DNA of 32,000 bases from Synechocystis sp. PCC 6803 substr. PCC-P (lineage in GTDB: Bacteria > Cyanobacteriota > Cyanobacteriia > Cyanobacteriales > Microcystaceae), in NCBI RefSeq assembly GCF_000284455.1, contig NC_017039.1, forward strand, positions 3,450,001-3,482,000, written 5' to 3'. Both the position numbers and the translations under genes were made by a program. Positions 17,647 through 24,775 of the stretch are shown piece by piece; position 1 is the first letter of the stretch; each line of letters starts with the position of its first letter. A model generated the notes under the pieces. The model made no database searches. It was given only the letters and a program-made list of their open reading frames with translations, and had not been told where the DNA came from.

Positions 17647-18486
17647 ATGGCCCTTAGCTTTAGTAAATACCACGGTCTCGGCAACGACTTTATTTTGGTG
17701 GATAACCGCCAAAGTACGGAACCCTGCTTAACCCCAGACCAAGCCCAACAGTTGTGCGATCGCCATTTTGGCATTGGGGCGGACGGGGTGATTTTTGCTT
17801 TGCCGGGGCAGGGGGGAACGGACTACACCATGCGGATTTTTAATTCCGACGGTTCGGAGCCGGAAATGTGCGGCAATGGCATCCGTTGTTTGGCCAAGTT
17901 TTTGGCAGACCTAGAAGGGGTGGAGGAAAAGACCTATCGCATCCACACGTTGGCGGGGGTAATTACGCCCCAACTGTTGGCCGACGGCCAGGTCAAAGTA
18001 GATATGGGGGAACCCCAATTATTGGCGGAGCTTATTCCCACCACCCTAGCGCCAGCGGGGGAAAAAGTGGTGGATCTGCCCTTGGCCGTAGCGGGGCAAA
18101 CCTGGGCGGTGACCTGTGTGAGCATGGGTAATCCCCACTGTTTGACCTTTGTGGATGATGTGGACAGCCTCAACCTGACTGAGATTGGTCCTTTGTTTGA
18201 GCATCACCCCCAATTTTCCCAACGTACTAATACGGAGTTTATCCAGGTTTTAGGAAGCGATCGCCTGAAAATGCGGGTCTGGGAACGGGGAGCGGGTATT
18301 ACTCTAGCTTGTGGAACAGGGGCCTGTGCCACAGTGGTGGCGGCAGTATTGACCGGCCGGGGCGATCGCCGTTGCACGGTGGAATTACCCGGTGGCAACT
18401 TGGAAATTGAATGGTCTGCCCAGGACAATCGGCTTTATATGACGGGGCCAGCCCAGAGAGTCTTCAGCGGCCAGGCGGAGATTTGA
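17647..18486 (+). CDS. dapF: Diaminopimelate epimerase
   Basis: [15 protein letters not shown] and both catalytic Cys motifs: [16 protein letters not shown] and [16 protein letters not shown]. Confidence 0.95.
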   Translation: MALSFSKYHGLGNDFILVDNRQSTEPCLTPDQAQQLCDRHFGIGADGVIFALPGQGGTDYTMRIFNSDGSEPEMCGNGIRCLAKFLADLEGVEEKTYRIHTLAGVITPQLLADGQVKVDMGEPQLLAELIPTTLAPAGEKVVDLPLAVAGQTWAVTCVSMGNPHCLTFVDDVDSLNLTEIGPLFEHHPQFSQRTNTEFIQVLGSDRLKMRVWERGAGITLACGTGACATVVAAVLTGRGDRRCTVELPGGNLEIEWSAQDNRLYMTGPAQRVFSGQAEI

Positions 18487-18696
18487 ACAAAAATACTCTT
18501 GTTTTACTTTCTTAAGGAATGTTGCCAATGGGAAAGAGATAAAGACATTGAGCAACGTAAACCCATTTCCAGCTACTGCATGGATGGTGGGCGGCTAATC
18601 TGTTCAACTAAGGGACGGCCATGCCCTAGAATTTGATGGACATCTTTTCAGCCCAACACCGCTATTTTTCCACCCCATAACTAGTTAATCAGCTCG

Positions 18697-19854
18697 ATGA
18701 ACATCCCCATCCTTGACCTTAAGCCCCAGTACCAAAGGATCAAAGCCGAAATTCAACAGGCGGTGAATGGTGTCTTGGAATCGGGACAATTCATTTTGGG
18801 CAAAACCGTTGCAGATTTTGAGCAAGCCGCCGCCGATTATCTGGGGGTGAAATATGCCATTGGGGTTAATTCCGGCACCGATGCCCTGATGATTGGCCTA
18901 AGGGCATTGGGCATTGGCCCGGGGGACGAAGTAATTACCACCCCCTTTTCCTTTTTTGCCACGGCGGAATCCATTAGTAATGTGGGGGCTAAACCGGTTT
19001 TTGTAGATGTGGCGATCACCGATTTTAACCTTGATCCCGACAAAATCAAGGCGGCCATCACCCCCCGCACCAAGGCGATTATGCCAGTGCATTTATTCGG
19101 TCAGCCGGCAGCCATGGCCCAAATTAAAGCCCTTGCCGATGCCCATGGTTTGAAAATTATTGAAGATTGTGCCCAGTCCTTTGGGGCTATCTATGCCGGT
19201 GATTGCTTGGGTTGTGACCAGGGCTGTGATGACCAAGTTAGACAAGCCCTAGTGGGTCAATACACTGGGGCCATGGGGGATGTGGGCGCATTTTCCTTTT
19301 TTCCCACTAAAAATCTGGGAGCCTATGGTGACGGTGGTTTGATCACCACTAACGATCCGGCGATCGCCGATTTGGCCCGCTGTCTGAGGGTGCATGGTTC
19401 TAAACAACGCTATCAAAACGAAATGCTGGGCTATAACTCCCGCTTAGATGCGTTGCAAGCGGCCATTTTGAACGTCAAACTATCCCATTTAAAGGAATGG
19501 AGCCTGGGCCGTCGTCGGGTGGCTCAGACCTATAATGATCTGTTCCAAGGGGTGGAAGGCATTATTACCCCCACCATCACTGCTGGCCATGTGTTTCACC
19601 AATACACCCTGCGGATTTTGAACGGTCAAAGGGACGCCCTCGCTAACGCAATGCAAGGCATGGGGATTAGTACCATGATCTATTACCCTGTGCCCCAGGA
19701 TCAATTGCCGGTGTACCGGGGTCAGTATGCCCCCAACCCCATCAGCGATCGCCTGGCCACGGAGGTGTTGAGTTTACCCATCTGGCCGGAAATGGAAACC
19801 GAAACGGTGCAAACGGTGGCTGAAAAAATTAGCCAGGTTTTACCTAGTTTGTAA
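18697..19854 (+). CDS. DegT/DnrJ/EryC1/StrS-family PLP-dependent sugar aminotransferase
   Basis: GVNSGTDALMIGLRALGIGPGDEVITTPFSFFAT and the PLP-lysine motif FSFFPTKNLGAYGDGG. It carries a Cys-rich insertion (see findings). Confidence 0.9.
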   Translation: MNIPILDLKPQYQRIKAEIQQAVNGVLESGQFILGKTVADFEQAAADYLGVKYAIGVNSGTDALMIGLRALGIGPGDEVITTPFSFFATAESISNVGAKPVFVDVAITDFNLDPDKIKAAITPRTKAIMPVHLFGQPAAMAQIKALADAHGLKIIEDCAQSFGAIYAGDCLGCDQGCDDQVRQALVGQYTGAMGDVGAFSFFPTKNLGAYGDGGLITTNDPAIADLARCLRVHGSKQRYQNEMLGYNSRLDALQAAILNVKLSHLKEWSLGRRRVAQTYNDLFQGVEGIITPTITAGHVFHQYTLRILNGQRDALANAMQGMGISTMIYYPVPQDQLPVYRGQYAPNPISDRLATEVLSLPIWPEMETETVQTVAEKISQVLPSL

Positions 19855-19877
19855 ACTTCTCCCACCATCAATCATCT

Positions 19878-20129
19878 ATGCCCATGGAAGCCGGACAACA
19901 ATTCCTCACCCCCGCTGAGTCCCACGCTGTTGATGGGGCCCTGCTCAGTCAGTCGGAAAAGTTTCTCACCCGCCTCACCATTTCTTCCTTCCGGCTTTTG
20001 CAAACCATTGCGGCGGAGGAACAATTGGCGATCGCCGACCTCACCCCGGAAATTATCATTGCTTGGTTTGAAAAGGATGCCAAAAGGAAACGGGAGCAGG
20101 GGACAGAAAAACCTGTGCTGGATTGGTAG
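19878..20129 (+). CDS. Small hypothetical protein (83 aa)
   Basis: Protein-like composition. The overlapping 19930..20160 frame is R/S/P-rich and looks non-coding. The gene starts 23 nt after the aminotransferase stop. I recognise no motif. Confidence 0.45.
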   Translation: MPMEAGQQFLTPAESHAVDGALLSQSEKFLTRLTISSFRLLQTIAAEEQLAIADLTPEIIIAWFEKDAKRKREQGTEKPVLDW

Positions 20130-20156
20130 GGTTCAAATCTGTTTCGTCAAAATAAG

Positions 20157-20843
20157 TTAGGTTAGGTACCCTTCCCTTAACCCGGCGATCGCCGCTGAGG
20201 TTCTGTCCCTGGCGTTGAGTTTACGCATAATGGTCTGCACATATTCCCGCACCGTGGAGCTGGCGAGATGTAATTCCTGGCCAATTTCGCTATTGGTTTT
20301 GCCTTCCGCCACTAACCTTAAAATGGCCACTTCCCGCTGGGTCAATTCATCCTTCTGAGATTTGCGATAATCGGCGATCGCCTCAAGGCGACTGTCAATG
20401 TAAGTTCTGCCCTGGAGTAGACATTCCACCGCCAAATTAATTTCCCCATTACCCAAACTAGATTCTAAAAAGATGGCATCGGCTCCGTACTGCTGGGCTT
20501 CTTCCACAATGGCCGCATGGTCATTCAACAGCAATAGTAAACACTGCGGCGATCGGGCATGGGCTTTGAGTTGTTTCAGCAGGTCTAAACCGGAACCATC
20601 CTCTAACCGTTGGCAAATGACCACCACCAATGGCTCTGGCTGTTGTTCAAAGTAGGTTAGGGCTTCGCTTTGTAGGGTAAAAATTTTGACTTTCTTTTTG
20701 TTTGGTCGTTGAGAGGAAATGCGGGCGACGGATACGGCAAACAAACGGGGATACAGGCAGGCAATGACGTTAAAGTGATTCACCAAAAGCTGAAACAGGT
20801 CATACCTGGCATTAAAAACGAGGGAATCGGGGTCAAATTCCAT
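20157..20843 (-). CDS. LuxR/NarL-type DNA-binding protein with degenerate (pseudo-)receiver domain
   Basis: C-terminal GerE/LuxR HTH LTQREVAILRLVAEGKTNSEIGQELHLASSTVREYVQTIMRKL. The N-terminal region aligns to a receiver fold, but the conserved DD, D, T and K positions read NA, C, N and E. Confidence 0.8.
   Translation of the reverse strand: MEFDPDSLVFNARYDLFQLLVNHFNVIACLYPRLFAVSVARISSQRPNKKKVKIFTLQSEALTYFEQQPEPLVVVICQRLEDGSGLDLLKQLKAHARSPQCLLLLLNDHAAIVEEAQQYGADAIFLESSLGNGEINLAVECLLQGRTYIDSRLEAIADYRKSQKDELTQREVAILRLVAEGKTNSEIGQELHLASSTVREYVQTIMRKLNARDRTSAAIAGLREGYLT
20374..20381. repeat. HIP1 octamer GCGATCGC (last copy before a 5.9-kb gap)
   Basis: Read directly from the sequence. Confidence 0.95.
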
Positions 20844-20967
20844 GGATGGTTAGGTAACGGCGGGGTTTTGATGCCAAAAGTTCTTTCCCCGTGACAAAGT
20901 GGGACGCTAGGGAGACATTCCCTAATCCTGGCACAAGAATGTTGACTTGTTGTTGGGGACTTTCACT

Positions 20968-21012
20968 CAGTTTCCCCCCAAATTTGGGGGGTCAGGGGGG
21001 CTTTTAAAACAG
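20968..21012. repeat. C-run/G-run hairpin element (CAGTTTCCCCCCAAATTTGGGGGGTCAGGGGGGCTTTTAAAACAG)
   Basis: Contains the palindrome CCCCCCAAATTTGGGGGG. It is a second copy of the element at 10130-10170. Confidence 0.7.
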
Positions 21013-21105
21013 GCTGTTAACTGATTGCCTAATTATGTCCCCTGGCAGGATTACGGTCTGACTAAGGTATAACTAGAGTGTAGAGTGCCCTGTCAGATTG
21101 GCTAA

Positions 21106-21348
21106 ATGCAAATAAAAACAGCAATTTCCCTTCCAGATTCGGTTTTTCATGAGGCAGAGGCCCTCGCTCAGCAATTGGGTTTGTCCCGTAGTGAGCTTTA
21201 TACAAATGCGCTGAAGGCCCACTTGGAGAAGTATAGAAGGGGAGAAATTTTGCAGAGGCTGAATCAAGTTTATGCCGAAGAAACTTCTGCTCTAGATCCA
21301 ATTATGGCCGGGATGCAATTTTTGTCTCTGCCCTCCGAGGACTGGTAA
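21106..21348 (+). CDS. Ribbon-helix-helix (CopG/MazE-like) antitoxin
   Basis: MQIKTAISLPDSVFHEAEALAQQLGLSRSELYTNALKAHL is a typical RHH N-terminus. The stop overlaps the start of the toxin remnant (TAATG). Confidence 0.7.
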   Translation: MQIKTAISLPDSVFHEAEALAQQLGLSRSELYTNALKAHLEKYRRGEILQRLNQVYAEETSALDPIMAGMQFLSLPSEDW

Positions 21349-21425
21349 TGTATCGGGGCGAAATTTGGTGGGCGGATCTGCCTAATCCCGTCGGCTCAGA
21401 AACGGGTTATCCCCATGAAACTTGA
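21348..21425 (+). pseudogene. MazF/PemK-type toxin remnant (first ~21 residues only)
   Basis: Hand translation MYRGEIWWADLPNPVGSETGYPHET-stop. RGEIWWADL.P..GSE.GY is the canonical MazF/PemK N-terminus. Homology stops where the DUF433 ORF begins (about 21410). Confidence 0.6.
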
Positions 21426-21706
21426 ACGGATCACCATCAACCCCAATCAAATGAATGGTCAACCCTGTATTCGGGGACAACGTTTGACAGTGAAAAGGGT
21501 AATCGATTTACTTGCTACCTATCCAGACCGCCATGAACTAACTCTACCAGGAATTTCCAGAGTTGGAAGAGGAGGATATTCAACAGGCTTTGGCCTATGT
21601 TTCAGCTTGTTGGGAAGATGCTCGTCGGGCCTCAAACTCTAAAATATCTGTGGCCAACGATTCTACCGTTTCACATTTGAACAGTTCGTCCCGCGTTTTT
21701 AAATAA
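21415..21706 (+). pseudogene. DUF433-family antitoxin-like gene with a +1 frameshift
   Basis: N-terminal ITINPNQMNGQPCIRGQRLTVKRVIDLLATYPDRHEL is DUF433-like. The expected continuation LYQEFPELEEEDIQQALAYVSA is in the +1 frame from 21542. One extra A near 21540-21541 would explain the shift. Confidence 0.55.
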
Positions 21707-21828
21707 TCTCCCTGATCTGATTGCCATCGGGAAAGCAATAGAGCCAGTTTTGATGGGGGAAGTTTCTGTTCCAGAATTAGTAAGGCTTCTTCTACCACAT
21801 CTTGTTCCTTGGGGATCTTGAGATTCAT
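21595..21828 (-). CDS. Small partner protein of the PIN gene (putative antitoxin, 77 aa)
   Basis: ATG overlaps the PIN stop (ATGA, 21825-21828). The motif SRWQSDQGDYLKTRDELFKCETVESL resembles small proteins I have seen downstream of cyanobacterial PIN genes (from memory only). Confidence 0.55.
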   Translation of the reverse strand: MNLKIPKEQDVVEEALLILEQKLPPSKLALLLSRWQSDQGDYLKTRDELFKCETVESLATDILEFEARRASSQQAET

Positions 21829-22262
21829 CGCTCTCCCTCTGTTAATAATAAAATGAAGCTTACTGGATTTAGGGCTTTGACTTTTCCATGATAACGACGG
21901 AGCAATCGATCATCACAGGCTAAAAAATAATCACATCCACCCTTTTCTGCGCTGGCCATGTGCAAGGCATCAATGGATTTCACTCCCATTTGCTCTAAGG
22001 ATTGCCCCCTAGCCACAATCTCTTCATCCATGGGCACATAGGCTTTGGCTAGGGCTAAACACTGCTGTACCCAACGTTGTCTTGGCGGATAGGGATTTTT
22101 CTGAGCTTCAAACTCTAAGACTGCCGAGTTGAGAAATTCGACCTCTTCTGTTTCCACCAGTTGCAAAATCATCCTCAGAGCTTGGGTCTTTAAGGCAATC
22201 CTTGCCTGGGTTTGATCGTCAAAAACCCGATTCAACACGCTGGTGTCTAGATAAAGTTTCAC
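21825..22262 (-). CDS. PIN-domain protein (VapC-like toxin)
   Basis: MKLYLDTSVLNRVFDD (first acidic residue of the PIN fold), later SIDALHMASA and FLACDDRL. GTG start at 22262. Confidence 0.8.
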   Translation of the reverse strand: MKLYLDTSVLNRVFDDQTQARIALKTQALRMILQLVETEEVEFLNSAVLEFEAQKNPYPPRQRWVQQCLALAKAYVPMDEEIVARGQSLEQMGVKSIDALHMASAEKGGCDYFLACDDRLLRRYHGKVKALNPVSFILLLTEGER

Positions 22263-22443
22263 GGTATGGACTTTTAAACGTTGGTCAATATTCTAAGCGT
22301 CAACATCCCGAAGAGGAATAAGGACAGTAACCAGAGCTTGATTAACACAACTTCACAATCACCCTCTCAAGAAACTATTCAGAATTGACGTAAACAGCTT
22401 TCTTTTTCAGGAAAACCCTATCTTGATCTAGATACACAACAGT

Positions 22444-22459
22444 TGTGATCTGGGTCACA
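22444..22459. promoter_or_regulatory. cAMP receptor protein (SYCRP1-type) site TGTGATCTGGGTCACA
   Basis: Perfect TGTGA-N6-TCACA palindrome read directly, about 245 nt upstream of the ATG at 22703. In Synechocystis the corresponding gene (slr1667) is a described SYCRP1 target. Confidence 0.8.
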
Positions 22460-22702
22460 ACCATTGAGTGATTAGGGACAATACATTTCTCGATTTGTGT
22501 GGTTTTTGTTACAAAAAATCGTATTTCTACGGAGCAGTAAAAAATTCAAATTTAGTGAAAGTCCAGTATTAGTGCCAATACGCACAAATTGTCATTTCCC
22601 TACAATAAAGAAGTAAAGAAAAAAACAACATTCATTTCCCAAGACCGACGAGCGATACATCGAGTTACCACCCACGAGGCCACGGGAAGGAGGCGACAAA
22701 TT

Positions 22703-23239
22703 ATGTTCACTAAATTCAATCAAGTTCTTCTAGCTTCTGGTTTAGTTCTGACTTCCCTAGTCGGTTTTGGCTCTTCCGCTTTTGCTGAAGGTGCTAATGT
22801 ATTTGCTAATAATCCTGAGATGGAGACTTTGACTTGGTCCCCCTCCAAAGAGACTGAAGGGAAGGCTATTGTTCTTACTAACAACGGGGAATTAACGTTG
22901 ACTTCTATCGGAAATGTCAACGTCAAATCTAACAGTTATTTGGGTTTTACTGTGTCAGTGAGTTCGGCTAATGGAGTTACGGCAAGTGCGGCTGGGGGAG
23001 TGCTTAAACATCCGGATGCTGGCGATACCATTATCTACACTATCAACTATAACGGGTCAGATAAAACACTTGCTGCTGGTGTAGGAGATATGGAAACTCC
23101 ATCGGCTGACATACCAGATTGTTCTGATGCTACTGGTTGTGACCGCGATGTTAAAATTGCAATCGCAGAAGAGCAAGTTGTTAGTAAGCCTGCTGGTACT
23201 TATTCAGATACCCTTACTTTCACATTGACAAATAAATAG
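22703..23239 (+). CDS. cccS: Secreted fimbrial-subunit-like protein (chaperone-usher/SCPU-like C-terminal strand), CRP-regulated
   Basis: GGAAGGAGG SD lies 9 nt before ATG 22703. Signal peptide MFTKFNQVLLASGLVLTSLVGFGSSAFA. C-terminal PAGTYSDTLTFTLTNK is typical of pilin donor/acceptor strands. The track start 22589 is a TTG extension. The symbol comes from my recollection of slr1667. Confidence 0.7.
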   Translation: MFTKFNQVLLASGLVLTSLVGFGSSAFAEGANVFANNPEMETLTWSPSKETEGKAIVLTNNGELTLTSIGNVNVKSNSYLGFTVSVSSANGVTASAAGGVLKHPDAGDTIIYTINYNGSDKTLAAGVGDMETPSADIPDCSDATGCDRDVKIAIAEEQVVSKPAGTYSDTLTFTLTNK

Positions 23240-23354
23240 TTAAATTAAGGGAATTGGCGTTCGCACGAAGTTTAGCTAAGCTGAAATGTTGTCGGACGCC
23301 TACTTTTATCGGAGGGTAGTTGTAGTGAGGATTTCTTATCAACGTTCTAGTCAG

Positions 23355-24128
23355 ATGTCTGCCCTACCTGCTCTTGCGTGTAGCTTGCTAGGAAGTATTG
23401 TTTTCAATCTGACACTACCGACAAGGGTAGACGCTTCTCCCTCTTTCCAATTATCCCCTATGGAAATGAGATTAAGCCCCGTCGGGGGCGGAGCAAGCCG
23501 CTCATTCCTGCTCCAAAGCACTGGCACCCAGCCCGTAGCCGTTCAACTTAGTGTTGCTGGCCGGAAGATGTCTATAGATGGAGTGGAGGAACTACCTATA
23601 GAAGAGGAAAATTTTGTTCTTTATCCCCCCCAGGTGATTCTCAGGCCCAATCAAGTGCAGGCAGTAAGGGTTGTTTGGGTAGGCAATCCCACTCCGGCGC
23701 AGGAACTCCCTTATAGGATTATTGCCGAACAAGTGCCCATTGATGATCTTCAGCCAACAGTTGATATGCCGACCGACCGTAGAGTTGCTGACATCAAGGT
23801 TCTATTTAGGTATGTGGGCACGATCTATGTTACCCCTCCTAATGCCTCTCCCAAAGTGTTTCTAGAAGGTGCCGAGCCCTCAACTACAGAAGATGGTTCC
23901 CAGAAGTTAGTACTTAATTTCGAGAATCAAGGAACTGCCCATCAACTACTCAGGGGTTTGACAGTCAATCTGACTTCAGAGGGAAAAACTGTCACTTTAA
24001 GTGGGGATGAACAACTGAAAGGGGTCATTGGGGAGAACATACTAGCCGGCAATAAACGCCGTTTTGTTTTGCCCTGGCCCAAAGAATTGCCTGTTGGCCC
24101 TGTTACCGCCACCTTTACCACCAATTAA
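23355..24128 (+). CDS. cccP: Periplasmic pilus chaperone-like protein (PapD/CsuC-like Ig folds)
   Basis: Signal peptide MSALPALACSLLGSIVFNLTLPTRVDA. Then FQLSPMEMRL...SFLLQSTGTQPVAVQLSV...FVLYPPQVILRPNQVQAVRVVW...ELPYRIIAEQVP follows the chaperone pattern. The symbol comes from my recollection of slr1668. Confidence 0.75.
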   Translation: MSALPALACSLLGSIVFNLTLPTRVDASPSFQLSPMEMRLSPVGGGASRSFLLQSTGTQPVAVQLSVAGRKMSIDGVEELPIEEENFVLYPPQVILRPNQVQAVRVVWVGNPTPAQELPYRIIAEQVPIDDLQPTVDMPTDRRVADIKVLFRYVGTIYVTPPNASPKVFLEGAEPSTTEDGSQKLVLNFENQGTAHQLLRGLTVNLTSEGKTVTLSGDEQLKGVIGENILAGNKRRFVLPWPKELPVGPVTATFTTN

Positions 24129-24194
24129 TTGCTAGCCGATCGCCGGGAGAGAGTGCGTATGGAGCATCCCTAGCTTCGGCTCGGAGGTATCACC

Positions 24195-24398
24195 ATGCGC
24201 CTATTTATTTTTTCCCTTAGTCTGGCAATTACCTTGAGTCCTAGCTTGGCCATGGCCGAAAAAGTCAATACCACTGTGGTTATCCCCAAGCCAGCCAAAA
24301 GTCTGGTGCTCAAACCCAACGCCACCGAAGGGTTTGCCCAAACTTTGCGGGAACCTAGGGCCCCAGCCGCTTCATCCGGGCCCAGAGCCAGCAAATAG
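24195..24398 (+). CDS. Possible small secreted protein (67 aa), third gene of the fimbrial operon
   Basis: GGAGG lies 7 nt before the ATG. Signal peptide MRLFIFSLSLAITLSPSLAMA. It lies upstream of the candidate terminator at 24440. I recognise no homology, and an 88-aa ORF on the opposite strand competes with it. Confidence 0.4.
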   Translation: MRLFIFSLSLAITLSPSLAMAEKVNTTVVIPKPAKSLVLKPNATEGFAQTLREPRAPAASSGPRASK

Positions 24399-24439
24399 AT
24401 TTCGCCTCCAGCGATCACCTTCCGGGGGAAAGGCATCGA

Positions 24440-24467
24440 TTCCGCCCCTCCTTCGGAAGCCTTTTTT
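24440..24467 (+). terminator. Candidate intrinsic terminator after the fimbrial operon
   Basis: Stem TTCCG / CGGAA (24440-24444 / 24454-24458) with a 9-nt C-rich loop, then GCC and six T (24462-24467). Confidence 0.4.
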
Positions 24468-24526
24468 GTAAAATAGGAATCAATGGATCATGTCCCGTCA
24501 AATTCTTCTTTTGCTTAGGTTGCCCC

Positions 24527-24760
24527 ATGACCACTATCATCGACAATGACCTTGAAGCAATCCTGACAAAGATTGACAGCCGGTTGGAGCGCATAGAGTC
24601 TGACCTGACTACCATCAAAGTTTCCCAAGCCAGAGTAGAAGAAAAACTAAATTCCCTAGACGACAGAGTGGGAAAACTGGAAGACAGTCAAAACCGCCAA
24701 ATTTGGACTTTTAATTATCGCTATTACCGGAGCTACGGCCGCCGGCGTCATCAAGTTTAG
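24527..24760 (+). CDS. XhlA-like coiled-coil protein, apparently frameshifted before its membrane anchor
   Basis: LEAILTKIDSRLERIESDLTTIKVSQARVEEKLNSLDDRVGKLEDSQ is a coiled coil. The in-frame tail is basic nonsense (FNYRYYRSYGRRRHQV). The +1 frame from 24708 encodes LLIIAITGATAAGVIKFSFFPNP-stop (24777-24779). Confidence 0.5.
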   Translation: MTTIIDNDLEAILTKIDSRLERIESDLTTIKVSQARVEEKLNSLDDRVGKLEDSQNRQIWTFNYRYYRSYGRRRHQV

Positions 24761-24775
24761 CTTTTTCCCCAATCC

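Noticed and set aside
20120-20145. GGTTCAAATC, which resembles a tRNA T-loop.
   Set aside because: The flanking bases (TAGGG / CTGTT) cannot form a T-stem, and no acceptor or anticodon arms can be drawn. It is not a tRNA.
19930-20160. 76-aa ORF overlapping the 83-aa hypothetical gene.
   Set aside because: The product is R/S/P/K-rich with no SD. The alternative frame (19878..20129) looks protein-like.
21062-21301. Two minus-strand ORFs (79 and 64 aa) antisense to the RHH antitoxin gene.
   Set aside because: The plus-strand RHH reading frame has a clear family signature and translational coupling to the mazF remnant. The antisense frames have no supporting signal.
24170-24436. 88-aa minus-strand ORF overlapping the 67-aa plus-strand ORF.
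   Set aside because: The plus-strand ORF has a GGAGG SD, a signal peptide and operon context. The minus-strand ORF has none of these and would read into the plus-strand terminator.
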